Source: the human T2T-CHM13v2.0 reference genome, Homo sapiens
Direction: 5' to 3' (one strand)
Length of the DNA stretch: 64,000 nucleotides
Assembly: GCF_009914755.1 (NCBI RefSeq)
Contig: NC_060928.1
Below the pieces are notes generated by a model. That model was not told the DNA's origin, searched no databases, and saw nothing but the letters and a program-made list of their open reading frames with translations. Within the stretch, counting starts at the first letter, position 1. The number at the start of each line of letters is the position of its first letter. Both the position numbers and the translations under genes were made by a program. Positions 47,251 to 63,644 of the stretch are shown one piece after another.

Positions 47251-47479
47251 TGGGGGGGGGCGGGGAAGAGTTTATAAGACTGATAGTTAGTGGTTTCTTC
47301 TTTTTTTTTTCTTTTAGTTTGATAGAAATGCACTCCGCCAGCTGAGCATGTAGTTTGGAGTGAGAGCAGGTTACTTTCTCTGTGGGAGACAGAAATGTTA
47401 GAGTGAGGGTCCCGGGGGAGCTGGGGATGCTGGCTATGGCTTTGCGGAAGGCTTAAACGGAAAGCGACATGGAATTTGA

Positions 47480-48510
47480 AATACATGTTTTACAAGTGGA
47501 GGGTGTGGGGCGGTGTCCTGGATTCTGCCGAGCCCGCACCAAGTGTCCTGTCACACAAGGCAGAAGGGGAGGCTGGCCTTGCGCCTCAAATCCCTGCCAG
47601 GCAAGGCCTCTCGCCTGCCTCCTTAGGAGCAAAGCCACCTAACTTCTGCCCAGGCGAAGGCAGTAAACGTCTCTAACTCTGCGGAAGGCAAAAAGTCAAG
47701 TCACACAAAGAAAAAAAAACAAATAAGCAAACAAAAAATAAATCATTTGGGTGAGCTGTTTGCTGAGGTTTTAAAGCTGTCCTCTTGAACCTGAAAGGAA
47801 CGTCCTGGCGCGGTGACAGCAGTGGCTGGTTGTGCGTGGGCTGCAGTTCCCAAGGCCGTGAGCAGGAGGCGCTATCAGGATCAAAGGCGGGACCGTGGGT
47901 CTTCAGGGCCACATCCGTGAGAATCGCTGACGTCCGCAGGGAGGGAGCCTCGGTGGGAAGGCTGGGGACGGGGCGTGGGGAAGGCTGGGGACAGGGCAGG
48001 GAAAGAGCAACGGTGGTAGATGCGAAATCAAGCCCGGATGGCGAGGCAGTCCCACCGTGTTACTTACCCTTCCTCCCTAACATTCCATAGAGGAAAAATC
48101 TGGCGACAGCTGACATCAAGGGGAGATCTAAAAGAGAAGGGCAGAAGCCACCCCCAAAACCCCAGGGAAGTATGGAAGGCGGACCGCTGTTTCAGGCCGC
48201 TTCAGGTCCTGAACTGGGGCGCCCGCCTTTCTCCGCCCTTTCCCTCGGCCTCCCAGCGACTTCTCCACTAACCGCCCCAGTGCTGTTTCCTTGGGGCTTT
48301 CCTTGAGCCCCAGGTCTCCAAATCCAGAATGAGAAACTCCGAGAGTGCAAAGGAGAGGGAGGAGATTTGGAAGCAGCTCCCGGGATGTTTGGCTCTGAGT
48401 CTGGTGGTAAAGATCAGTCCTTGGCCTTCTTGTAGGCAAAAGGGTTCTGTTCTGTATGCCTATGATTAGGGGTGCCAGGCTTCGCAAATAAAAGTGCAGC
48501 GTACGCCGAC
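47480..48510. promoter_or_regulatory. CpG-enriched unique segment, candidate promoter or enhancer
   Basis: Visibly more CpG than its flanks; GC-box-like ggggcgtgggg; tgacgt half-CRE; - strand donor AGG|GTAAGT at 48068/48067. Confidence 0.45.
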
Positions 48511-48514
48511 ACAT

Positions 48515-48850
48515 GCTACAACATGGGTGAGCCGTGGAAGCCTGCTGAGTGAAAGAGGCCAGTCACAAAAAAGACCACATACCGCATGAGTCCATGTATG
48601 TGAAATGTCCAGACTGGGAAAGTCTATAAAGACAGGAAATAAACTATTGGCCATTCAGGGCTGCAGAATGACGCAGCAGGGATGGGGAGTGACTTGATAA
48701 CAGCCACAGGGTGTCTTTTTGGGTGATAACAATGTTTGAAAATTAGATATGTGGTAATGGTCGAGTAACTGGGAATATACTAAACCCCAGTGAACTGCAC
48801 GCTAAACGTGGTGGAATTTTATAATCCATGAGTATCTTAAAGCTGTTTTA
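48515..48850 (+). mobile_element. Old L1M 3' end
   Basis: gtgaaagaggccagtcacaaaa..tatgtgaaatgtccaga..ctaaaccccagtgaactg. Confidence 0.75.
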
Positions 48851-48851
48851 T

Positions 48852-49050
48852 AAAACACAGGATACCCAGTTAAATTTGAATTTTATGAATAGATAAATCA
48901 TGAAAAGAAATTTAGTATAAGTATATCCCAAGCAATATTTGGGACATATTTATATTTAAAATATTTTCATTGTTTATCTGAAATTCAAATTCATTGTTTA
49001 TCTGAAATTCAAATTTAACTGGATGTCTGGTATTTTGTTTGGCAACTCTA
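48852..49050. mobile_element. MER53-like palindromic hAT element
   Basis: caggatacccagttaaatttgaattt and its inverted copy aaattcaaatttaactggatgtctgg. Confidence 0.75.
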
Positions 49051-49164
49051 TTTATGCTTCTAAATGTCTCAGAAAGCATCAATCTACAGCAAGAGTAAGA
49101 AGAAATAGTTCATGTGATGTCATTTAAATAGATTTAAAGAGACTTCTATATACTTTGGGCATCA

Positions 49165-49650
<486 letters not shown>

Positions 49651-50639
49651 TCACAGCTTATAATCTTGCCATTAAATCAGAAACATTATGGGGGAAGTTC
49701 AAGAGTGTGGAACTTTAAAAAATGTTTGGCTTGTTTGAGTACATGAGAAATTAGTATAAATATTTACCATATAGTGATTGTCAAACAATGGGATTTACTT
49801 ATTGTTACACTTTATGGGAGAAAATGAAAATCTCTTCAAGTAAAGTTTATATACATACAAAATCCTCCCCTGGATGTTTGCTTTGGTTTTAATGGGATGT
49901 TTCAGTTTGCAAATACTGGTAAGCAGAGTTGTTTAAAGTTGGAACTTGGATAAAGGTCATTTTAGCAGAGCAGCCACACCTCTGCTCTGATACTGGAAGA
50001 ACCAGCATAAAATTGCTACAGTGGCATAAGTCAATGCAAGATTATGAAGCAATTAACTAGCAGGTTGTGTCGTAAAACTCTGTTCACACTTTTAGTACAG
50101 GGGTAAAAGAGGTCAATATTGTTTTTCTTATTTTATAAATTGAAAAACATAAACCTGCAATACGTTGCTCTGACTTTAATAATTTGACCAGTTGGAATTA
50201 GAATGTGTTGGAGTTACATGCTGCAACATTTAACCAAGCCTTAGATTTCTGATTAAATATTTTAAATATATAATAGATACAGAATTAACCTTCACACACT
50301 CTGATAGCTCAAATCTCTCACTATGATATTGGTGTGATAATGAATTAAAATAAAAATTATAGGTTAAAATAAATTTAAATTAAATTAAATTGACAAGTTC
50401 TATGTAGGTTCAGAGAAAGAGACCAAATCCTTCTCCTTGAGTAATTTCAGTGCTTATATGGAATATAAGGGATGCCAACATTAGGCAACGATTTTCAGGA
50501 TACTTTCCTCTTTCAACTTACACCTAGAGTTGTAAAAAATCCTTCATGTAGGTGACACATTGAGATTCAGATCCTAAGAGGATATGGCATAATTGTTCTC
50601 CTTTTAAAAATTTCATTTTGAGGGCTAACATGCTGTTTT

Positions 50640-50960
50640 CTCTTATTTTTAGTTGACACATGATCATTGTACATACTCATAGGATAGAGAGTGATATTTC
50701 ATTACATGCATACAATGTATAATGATCATATCGGGCTAGTTTGAATATCCATTGCCTCAAACGATTATCATTTCTCTGTGTTATGAACATTCAAAATCCT
50801 CTCTTCTAGCTTTTTGAGAGTATACAATAAATGATAGTTAACCATATTTATCCTACAGTGCTACAAAACACCGGAACTCATTTCTTCTATCTAGCTGTAA
50901 TTCTGTATCTATTAACCAACTTCTCATCATCCTCGGTTCCTCTTTGCCCTTTCCAGGCTC
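50640..50960 (-). mobile_element. L1MA-like 3' end
   Basis: gtgatatttcattacatgcatacaatgtataatgatca..acattcaaaatcctctcttctagct. Confidence 0.8.
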
Positions 50961-51014
50961 TAATGCTAAGGGCCAAATCTTCATATAAAAAATAGTTGTG
51001 AAGAAAAGAAAGTT

Positions 51015-51355
51015 GGCCAAACCAGGATCACGGCCGTAATCCCAGCACTTTGGGAGACTGAGGCAGGAGGATCATTTGAGGCCAGGAGTTCGTGACCAGC
51101 CTGGGTAACATAGTGAGACCCCCATCTCTACAACAACAACAACAAAAAAAAAAAAAAAAAAAAGAAAGAAAAAAGAAAAAAAAATAGCCATGTGCCACGC
51201 ACCTAAAGTCTCAGCTACTTAGAAGGCTGAAGCTAGAGAATCTCTTGAGCCCAGGTGTTGGAAGCTGCAGTGAGCTGTGATTGCACTATTGCACTCAGCC
51301 TGGGTGACAGAGTGAGACTCTGTCTCAAAAAAAAAAAGAAAAAAAAAAAAGAAAG
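51015..51355 (+). mobile_element. Alu (AluJ-like) with expanded A-rich linker
   Basis: Diverged dimeric Alu. Confidence 0.9.
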
Positions 51356-53017
51356 AGTTTGTAATTTTTTAAAGTTAAGAAGTAGAATTGAAGAGGCTGA
51401 GCAGTATCTGGAAACAAAAATCCACTTAAAAACACTCATGTAGCTAATGCCATTCCCTAGATTCATGAGGGCTTTTTTCTGCTGAAACTCTCGAGGAATG
51501 AAGCGTTTCTGGGACATGAGCAGGGAGAATGCATATAACCCTCAGAGCTGAGATCATGCACCTCCGACTCTTCCTCCTTGTCCAGTGTTGACTAACGTGG
51601 TCTACTGGATTCTGGTCCAGCCATGTTAATTAAGGTGACAATACAAATGAAGTTCAAACTTCCCTAACACACGAAGCTAAGAAATCACAAAATGGAAAAG
51701 TCTGAAAGGTCTCAAAACTGGAGCCAGTCTGTAGAGCTGGGGAAGATGATGTGCTTATTGGACTCAACCCAAGAGACTAGTTCCAAAGGAGGGAGACCTG
51801 GAAAGAGAAAGAGGTTACTGTGTTGGCATGGCTAAAGGATTTAATTAGAATCTCTCATTAAAATTAACCACATTTCACAGACTTCAGTCGGCAAGAATAT
51901 TGGAAAATGATGCACAAGGCTGGGAAAAAAATGATCCGTGGTGCTGGATCCATGATCTACTTGGAATTAGTGTAAAAAGTGAGATGAACTTCACTAGGGC
52001 TAAATCTCCTGCTTGTGGGTAAGAAAATAACCAATTTCTTTTCATTCATTCTTAAAGACCAAACATGCTTAAAACAAATATTGCCTTTCCCCCTCTAATG
52101 TTCATTCTGTACTGGAAGTATTCTCTTTGCTATTTCTTTAAAGTTTTAGTGTAGCCCCTTGGGTCCAGTTTCAGTCAATCAAATAAGAAAAATATTAGTA
52201 CCACTCCCAGCCACTTGAGCTAATGCATTGAATCAATAATCTGTTTCAATTTATATTATGTAACATACATTATTATATATTTATATTAAAAAATTTAGTC
52301 CAGTCCAACATAGTGTTCCTTCCTTTCTGATCCAACATCCTTATTGGGCTTCCACACATGTCCTTCTGGTTTCTGTTGATATAAATTGGTGTATTATAAT
52401 CTTACGGCTTATATTTCATACCTGTTGGGGCCTGCTGGGATTTGTGTCTGTTCTAGAATCAATGAGAAACGGGTGGGGGTGGGGCTGACCCTGACCCACT
52501 GCTCCTCCTAAGGAGGGTCAGAAGTCCTTTGTAAGGCAACCACTTCAGAAGAGACCATTGCAGGACCTTCAGCCATGAGGACAATAATCTCCTTAACCAG
52601 GCTAAAAAGGGCTGCTTCTAGCAGCAAAGAAGACTTGGCAGATCTGGGGACTTCAGGCCCCCTGCCACATCGAATATGCCTACATACTCCCTTCCCAATT
52701 TTTATGAGTCCCTCTCCTTTCCAATCATTGCCTTAACTTTAGCAAAGGAGATCCTGTAAGGTTAAATTCAATTGAATTGAACTTTGGGTTTGGTTTTCAG
52801 AAATCTTGACTCTAGCTACAAGAAAAGATGCTTTTTTTGGCGAGGGGGAGGGCAGTCATAGAAGATTTCTAGTCCTTTAGCCAGACCTTGAGTTGGGAAT
52901 TTAAAGCCCTAAGCTCATCATTTTCTTTCTCCAAGTGCTGCAGAACACTTCAAAATCAGCAAGCAACCCCATTATGTGTAAAGTGTTCTATGGCAGGAGC
53001 TACACATAGTCACCTGA

Positions 53018-53348
<331 letters not shown>

Positions 53349-53549
53349 TGATGACAGGTCTCTATAGGTAAATCATTAAAATCACTTTTGCCATCTTGTT
53401 TCATACATGACCGTTACCCTCTTTACCGATGGAAACAGAATCACTAACACTTTAAAATTGAATCAGATCAGAGAACCAATTTCAGGTAGCCTAGAACTGG
53501 TTCCAAGGACACATCCTCTGAAACGATTTCTGGCACGGGTTTCCATAGA

Positions 53550-54195
53550 AGGCAGGGTTCAGTCAGAGATGCTGAATCACTGTAAGTGGTACGGAATAAT
53601 GGATTCATTTTGGGGATTAGACGTTACACAATTGTGGGAGTTGCTGGAGGAGTCAGTGCAAGGCTGTTGCGTCTTCGTCTGGTGATGAAATCCTTGTAGG
53701 TTACTAGACCCACTTGGGGAAGAAAAGCCAGGTATGAAATGGCATCAGCAAGGACAGACTGTGACCCACTAGAACACACTGGAACCCACAAGGATAACTG
53801 GGACCCACAAGAACAAACTGGAACCTGTGTCTGCCTCACTGGCTCCAACATGGTGACACTGACCAGGAGGAGATGTGGAGCCTCCTTCATCGAGGAGCTG
53901 CACACACACCTGGCCTGGGACGCAGAGGAGCTGCAGGGATGTTCTGGTGGGAACTGGAGAAGGAGGAGCCTGGCTGGTGGCCACGGGACAGGATGTGCTT
54001 GCACATTAATGACAACGTGTGTGGCTCCCACACTGCCCAGAGCCTGCACTGACCTTCAGAACCTAAAGATACGGCAGAGCCCTTGCTTTTGTCTCCCAAA
54101 TATTGGGCAAAATTCTCTTGTGGTCTGCCCTAACCCAGCAACATGCAGGGAAGAGAATGCTGGAAATGCAGTCCCAGCTTGGCTAAGTTGACCAA
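53550..54195. mobile_element. Possible ancient ERVL-type LTR relic
   Basis: ggggattagacgttacacaattgtgggag and gggaagagaatgctggaaatgcagtcccagcttggctaagttgac resemble old LTR ends; family uncertain. Confidence 0.35.
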
Positions 54196-54299
54196 AGCAG
54201 CAAACAATCAGTATTTCCTATTGTCATGGGGTTTATATTCTAGTGAGGAAAGGGACTATCAATAAGTGAGTAAATATGTACGTGTGTATGTGTATTTCT

Positions 54300-54460
54300 T
54301 ATAAGAACCTTCTGAGATAGGAATGTGTCTTATCCCTATTTGACAGATGAGAAAACTAAGGCCAAAATCGATTAAGTATTTTGCCCTAGGTCCTGTAGCT
54401 CATAAGTGTCAGAGCAAAGCTCTGGACAAGGCAGTTTGCAATCAAATTCCAATGTATACT
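54300..54460 (-). mobile_element. MIR
   Basis: atccctatttgacagatgagaaaactaaggcc..attttgccctaggtc. Confidence 0.75.
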
Positions 54461-54869
54461 AATTGCTATTCTGTTTTGTTCATTCTGCAGTAGCCTTCCC
54501 CAAACACTCAACCCAAATGGGATACTTTCAGGTGATATTGCAGATGTTATTAGTTTATTGCATTCATACTATTTTATCCTTCAATTGTGTTGTACTTATT
54601 AATAATGACTTACCTAATTGGATATAAAACTCTTTGATCGACAATATGAACATGTGTGTGTGTGTTCACTTCGGCTGTTAATAGTGTTGCGCACTCAGCC
54701 AGCGCCTTGTAAATTCTTGTTGTGTTGACTTAAGGGCTTGAACAATCACACAGCGAGGCATGTGTACCTGTGGCCTAAGCAGCATTAAGTTTGAAAGAAA
54801 CCTTTTCCTAAGTGCTTTGCCATTCTTTGAAATGTGCTGAAGAAAAGAGAAAGCAGTCACCACTCCCTC

Positions 54870-55290
54870 CAGGACCTACCTCTGTACTGGCCTCAGATCA
54901 TCACGTAATTCAGACAAGCTGGGGCACGGGAGCAGTCGGGAGGACAGAGGGGTCCCGCTGAGGCTGGCCCAGTGGCGGTCACGGTCGGGTTTGCCACGAA
55001 GGATCCTTCCAAAGGCCTATTAAGTGAATTCCTGTAGCTCATTCAGCCGATGGAAGGTAGAAGGGACTCAGAACTTCAGGCCTAATTCTGCGTTTTTGTA
55101 TGCCCCAAGAATGAAAGGGCTCTTTGTGAATTTGCATGTAGATTTATTTAACATTCAACCGGCAGAAAACGGAAGGTAGTGCATGACACTGGGGGGAACC
55201 AGGCCCCCGCCCACCTCACATCGTCATGGCATTAGCTGTTTACTGGCTCCCGTGGAAACATTGGAAGGGGATTTGTTTTGTGGTTGGGTT
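54870..55290. promoter_or_regulatory. Unique promoter- or enhancer-like segment
   Basis: GC box cccccgcccacc (about 55204-55215), forkhead-like tgtttac, octamer atttgcat, - strand donor GAG|GTAGGT at 54880/54879. Confidence 0.35.
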
Positions 55291-56309
55291 TCCTTTTTTT
55301 TTTTTTTTTAGCATGATTGCAGTTAGATCTGCAGTATTTCCTCAAATATGTGAGGGGAAGGGAGCGGTGACTTCCTAAAGGAAAGTATTTATATTTTTAG
55401 ACTGAAATAGGCTGTTACAAAGCTTTTCTCCAAAAACACATTTAAAAAAGGAGTGTTCTAAACAATAGAAAATGTATCTTAACGCATAGTTAAGGTAGTT
55501 TATCTTATAAAATATGTTTTAATGCAGTGACAAAGGGCTAAGACACTTTGGTTTGTTTTTATTTATTTATTTTTATTGATACATGGCAATTTTGTCTTAT
55601 TTTAAAGGAGCACCAAGAAAATGCTTCTGGATGTTGGAATGTCAGCCTCGACTCCGCTTCTTTCTGAACTCGCTTGTTCTGCTTCGGGCTCCCATGTCAG
55701 CAGTGTCGTGGAGAGCTCGTCCGTGTGAAGGGACAGCATCCCGGCCAGGCCATGGATGGTGGCCCGGGAGGAGGAAGTGTGAGCGGGTCAAGAGAGAGAG
55801 AAGGCATGAGAGAGGCACTCTGCTCGGATGACACAGCCCACACTGTTTTGCCACAGATTTGTGGTGTATCACAGCTCGAGGGAGTCCTGGAGGCCACCCA
55901 GGCCAGGGTTTCTCATGTTGTTGACCATGTGCACCAGGAGGTGAGGCCTGGGAATCCACCTACTTAGTGGCTCAGGAGAGCTGGCCCAATAACCAGCTGG
56001 TACAGAGGCCTCATTTCATCGAGGAGCAGTCTGGACTGGAGAGGCCACAGGACTCGGAACAGCACCAGATTGAAAGCAGAGCCCATTTGAGACGTGGCTT
56101 AAAGAGGGACACCATGCTGTCCAAACGTGGGTGTAGACAGAGCAGACACAGCCTCTTTTATCTGCTTATTGTGGCTCTGGGAAGACAGCTCCCCAACCCC
56201 TCCATTCCTCTCTCATTTGTTCATCTTGAAACCCATTAAGAGGGCACAAAACCTTTATGTCACAGTGGGAGATAATATGTGAATGATTCTTAGAAAGGTA
56301 AGAGGTATA

Positions 56310-56701
<392 letters not shown>

Positions 56702-56948
56702 CTATTGGAGGAAGAGGTGGCATGAAACGGCACAGGACCCAAAAGGTGCCCTGCATGGAGGGAACATCCCAGATCACAGATCAAAGACTGGATGCAGGGT
56801 GGGAATCCTGTTTTCTAATTTTTTATTATAAAAATTTCCAAACACACAAAAATTAAAAGAATGATGTACTGATCACCCAGATATCTACCACTTATATTCA
56901 AAAACTTAAAACATTCCCATAGATGTGCATGATCTATCTATAGGTCCA

Positions 56949-56950
<2 letters not shown>

Positions 56951-57005
<55 letters not shown>
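56951..57005. repeat. (TG)n microsatellite, about 27 units
   Basis: Uninterrupted TG run. Confidence 0.97.
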
Positions 57006-57006
<1 letters not shown>

Positions 57007-57069
57007 TGGTCGAGGACCAGCATTTCAATAAAGGATAGGGAGTGCTCAACAGGAAACAAGGACAAGACA

Positions 57070-57327
<258 letters not shown>

Positions 57328-57980
57328 TTAGTTACAAAGATTTGAACTTTAACTTGATGTAGTTAAGTTTAAATGTATGTGGAATAAACCGTGGCAGGGT
57401 TTGATTTAATTTTAATTGTTTTTTGCTTTTGTCTTATTTAGAGAGGTAAATGAGATGCTTTGGCTACTGTTGAGGAAGAGAGGAAACAGACTTCAATGCA
57501 GTTAAGATGGACATAAGCAGGTTGGAAGGCAGCCAGAGGGAATTTTTGCAGAAGGAGTGACCCAGTCTTGGGGACAGAGAATATGGATTTGTTTTCCCCA
57601 AAGAATTTATTGAGCTCTGTGTGTAGTGAGCATGGCTGGATGGTGTGAAGAGCAGGTGGAGGAGGATATCAGGGACAAGAGACAAATATGGATGGCGTGG
57701 CCGCAGCACTGCACAGGGCCAGCCAATGAGCTAGGGCTCCATGCATAGCCTGGGCAGGACTCTTCCAGTATCTAAAGGAAGAGGTTTACATTTCCAGAAG
57801 TGTTAACCTGTGTCCTCTCAGTGTCTGCCCAGGGTAACCCATCTTGATAAGATATAGTCATTTCTCCTTTTGGCCCAAGGAACAAGTCCAGGCTCATCGG
57901 TGTGGCAAAACCTGACCATGTGCATACCATGCACCCGGCAGTCGCACTAGCTGCTCAGAGATGCCTAAATGCACCAGGGC

Positions 57981-58292
57981 CTTTTTTTAACTTTTATTTT
58001 TTTTTTTATTTTTGAGACAGTCGTCTCGCTCTGTCACCCAGGCTGGAGTGTTAACGCAATCTTGGCTCACTGCAACCTTTGCCTCCCGGATTTAAGTCGA
58101 TTCTCCTGCCTCAGCCTCCCGAGTAGCTGGGATTATAGGCGCACACCACTACACCTGGGTGATTTTTGTATTTTTAGTAGAGACTGGGTTTCACCATGTT
58201 GGCCAGGCTGGTCTCGAACTCCTGACCTCAGGTGATCCACCCACCTCGGCCTCCCAAAATGCTGGGACTACAGGCGTGAGCCGCGCCCGGCC
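57981..58292 (-). mobile_element. Alu (AluS-like)
   Basis: TSD tgcaccagggc. Confidence 0.95.
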
Positions 58293-59217
58293 TGCACCAG
58301 GGCTGTTTATTCCTTGGACACTCTGAAGGTCAGCTCTCTTGACCTCTTCCCAATCATGTCTAGCCTGCAGTGTCTGACTCAGTTTTCAAGAACCATCTCA
58401 AATGCAAGTCTTCCTTAACTTCCATTCATAATTAATAATTTCCTTTGGTTTCCAGAGTAGTTGGTCTTCACACTTTTTGGTCAAATAACCTTTAAAATTA
58501 TTTTGGAAAACTGTTTCACCTCTTGCAGATAATTAAGTTGACACTCCCAATATTCTTAAAGTTTAAGTAGTTGTATAGGATTTGATTTCCAGAGTATTGT
58601 AAAAGTATTCCAGATAGTTTACAAATACAGCAATTGTATTTCTCTTTTAAATGTATCACTGGAATAGAAATAGCATTGCAATGTGATGTCTACTTCAGTT
58701 ATTTTTTAAAAAGTACAAGACCAAGTTTATCCTTAACGGGAGTAGAATGAAGATGAGAGGGAGTGGGGAGAGCATCGTGGTTGGTGGGTTTCAGAAAGAA
58801 GAGCCCTGGTCTGCTTCTCTGATCAGGGTTCGGGGCAGCAGCAAGCCCAGACCCAAGTCCATGTATCAGAGGGCAGGGAGGATTTTTGCTCCCAAGGGGA
58901 TCACCAGATTCCCGAGAAGAAATGGCTGTCAGATGGGTCTTAGTAGCAAAGAGCTTCCTGCACCTCAGCGTGTCATGGAAACAGCAGAATAATTCTTGTG
59001 TACCCATGAGGGCCCCAGGAGTCATAGGAGAAGAGCCTCAAAACCTGGAGGAGCCAGTGGATTGAAAGGGACACTGTCTCTGTGATGACCTGTGTAGACC
59101 AGAGACCAAGGGCCTGGCAGGGAAACACATGTCTAAGCTGATGTCTGTGTGGACAGGTGACAGTGAGGGCCTGGTGGATTCTCCTTTGCTTCAGGATACC
59201 TTGGCATGACCCCTCTA

Positions 59218-59742
<525 letters not shown>

Positions 59743-60834
59743 CTAATTAGACCATATACTCCTATGATGGGGATTGTATCTGCTTTACATTAAGTGTATT
59801 GCACACCAGTGTTTGTGAACAGAGGTGTGTATGTGTGCGTGTGTGTGTGTGTGATGTTACTGTGACTGTGGTATATGAAGAACTGTCTTGATTCAGGACA
59901 ACTCAGCCAATATTTCTGACGTTAGATTTGATCAATTTTTGCCTTTTTGGGGTCTAACTTTGGAATCACACTTAAAACTCCCTCATGAATGTTGGGAAGA
60001 AGTATTTTTGCTGAGGAAAAACTGAACTCACAGAGCAAAATGTAAAGAAAAAATGGAAATTGAGAAGGTAGTAAAATACTAATGAAAGGAAGGAAATTGT
60101 GGAAAGAGTTGCTGTCAGCTGGGGACTCAAAAGGAAGGAACAGGTCGGTTCAAGGTCATAGGGTCATCAGAGAGGAGTGCAGACTGGCCTCCAACCAAGC
60201 ACAGGGCAGGAGCCTAAGGTCCTCAGAATTAAATTTATTTCATAAATGGTGTTCAAATCCAATTAAGTAGGTCCAGATTTACAGTGATTTCAAGTGAAGC
60301 TTTTAACTGAAACCTGAGGCCTGAAAGTGGGTTTACTCCTGTGCTTTTGGTTAAAGCAAGAATCGTTAGTTAGACAAAGCAAAGCAACAGTAAAGCAATT
60401 TTATGTTTTTGAAATCCTCGGGCAGGTGAGCTTGTTCTGCCTAAGGGTAAACCAGCCTCTACCACTTGTTCTCTCAAGTTACGGGCTTTGAGGGAGCCCT
60501 GTGAAAAATTGCCGTGTAATGGATCTGTACTGAGGTGGTTGACTGATAAGGTGCTTTGTGTTAGAAAGGTGCCTGGGCAATGTAAACATAACGACAAGGA
60601 GCTCTCACAGGCTTCATGTTCAAATCTCGTGGGGGAAAGAGATGCTGGAAGAGCTTCCTCCATCGGGAGAGGTGAGGTTGCCACCTGGTTCCCAAGTCAT
60701 AGGAATCTGGTGCTATCTTAGACTCACTCACAGGAGCTAATGGTAGTTTTGCAAATGTGTCGATTGGGAAATGCTACAAAAAGCGGTTTCTAGGGGGAAC
60801 ATTTTCTCTGTATTGTAAATGATACAAAAATTGG

Positions 60835-60995
60835 ATAGTGTGGGGCACAGTAGCTCACACCTGTAATCCCAGGGACTCAGGAGACTGAGGTGGGAGGATC
60901 ACTTGAGCCCAGGAGTCTGAGTCTTCAGTGAACTCTGATCACACCATCGCACTCCAGCATCTGCAAGAGAGCCAGACCCTGTCTCTAAAAAAAAA
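60835..60995 (+). mobile_element. Alu monomer (FRAM/FAM-like)
   Basis: Single diverged right-arm-type monomer with A tail. Confidence 0.75.
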
Positions 60996-61280
60996 CATTA
61001 GATGGCAAGGTCAGAAAACATTAAATAAATTTATTTAAGTTCTATATAAGGTTGTTATTATAATGATCACATTAAGGGCAGGTGAATTGGTGTACAGCTA
61101 TATTGAAGTCAATAATCTGAGCACCAAAATGATCAGAAAATGTAGAGTATTTCTATAATAAATGAGGATTTATATGTTCTAAATAATCAGTTATTTCCTC
61201 CAAGGGAAGATCCATATTAGTTGAACATTTCAGTAATTCTCCGAACATGGACAGCAATTTGTTTCTGCCCATTCCAGTAG

Positions 61281-61739
<459 letters not shown>

Positions 61740-62188
61740 AGAGCCAGTTCCTTTTATAATGACACGTGCCTGAGACTCTCCTGTCCCTGGTCTGTCTGGT
61801 GGACTGAGTCACCCCTAAAGACCACTTTGTAGTCATAGAACATCATCTGTCCCCAGTCAACACATTTATTTATCTATTTTCTGAATAATCAGGTCCAAAT
61901 TCCTCTACCTGGCTTCCAAGACCTTCTGTGGTATAGCGCCAATGGAATTCCTGGGTTTGAGTCACATTTCAGAACATGTTAGCTAAGGCCTATACCTTGC
62001 CAGGTGCTTGTGTGTGGGTGGGTCTATGTACAGGTCATAAAGATACCATGCAGGGAGATTGAGCTCCAACACTACAAGCTCATCTCCTCATCAACCCAGC
62101 TGCAAACTGTGTTACTACTTCCTGTATTTCCTTCAAGCAAAATATCTTGCCATTTCCATACTGCTATTCATATCCCTCAGGGTCCAAT

Positions 62189-62545
62189 GTCTCTGTTCAT
62201 TTAGGCTGCCATAACAGAATCCCAGACATGAACAACAGACAATTACTTCTCACGGTTCTGGAGGCTGGGAAGTCCAAGAGCAAGGTGCTGGCAGATTCAG
62301 TGTCTGATGAGGCCCCTCTCCTTAGTTTATAGTCCAGAAAGCCTTCTTACTCTGTCCTCACATGGTGGAAGGAGTGAGGGATTTTTCTAGAGTCTCTTTT
62401 ATAAGGGCACTAATCCCATTTATAAGGGGCTCTGCCCCCATGACCTAATCACCTCCCAAAAGCCCCACCTCCCAATGCTATTGCATTGGAAGCTAGGAAT
62501 TCAACATGTGAATTCTGGGGGGACACAAACATTCAGACCACAGGA
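62189..62545 (-). mobile_element. MLT1A-like MaLR solo LTR
   Basis: ttctggaggctgggaagtccaagagcaaggtgctggcagattcagtgtctg..ttataagggcactaatcccat..gggggacacaaacattcagacca. Confidence 0.85.
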
Positions 62546-62620
62546 CCCAGCAAATGTTTCTTGTTCTGGCTACTTTAGTCCTCCCTGTTTTTTGCGCTGA
62601 AATTTCACGGTAATGATACT

Positions 62621-62961
<341 letters not shown>

Positions 62962-63644
62962 TTAAGGCCATATCATTATTTTAAATTTTGGCTTTTATTT
63001 CAGGTATGTAGGTCTCATGTCTCCCACCTACACTGTAAATTCCTTTTTTCAGCCTAGCTGGACACTCGTTAAACATTTGTTTGGTGAGTGATAATGGAAG
63101 ACTCCCATTTAAACAAACAACAACAATAACAACAGCAAAAACCTCGCTCCCCTGACTGATAAAGGAGCACATCATCCTCTTCTCTACTGAAGTTTGGGGA
63201 AGACGTAGTCAGCCAAACATCTTTATCTCTGACTCTACTGACTTTCCCACTTTTAAGTGCTGGAACCAGGACCCAAACTTAGCTTTTCCGACTCCACGTT
63301 CAGTGTTCTTTCTGGGACAGTACGTGTAAGAGAACAAAAGCCTGGGTCCTCACAGCCTTCCAAAGTTACTAACCATATGAATGGAAACCTACAATGGATG
63401 ACATTATTTCTTCCAGGATGTAAGAGGTTGCCAACTGTCCCGCTGCTCTTTTCAGAAGGAAGAAGACATTAACTATTTACTCCCAGAACACCTGGGACTG
63501 GGTAAGGGAAGAGAGTGATGAATGGCTTATGAGTAGATGCCCCAGAGATGGGGAAGTAGAGTGTGGCTAATTCCAGCAGCATTTTGCTCAGGCATTCCCT
63601 GAATCCCACAGCCAACGTCCATCTTTCCCAGCCTCACAAGAGGC

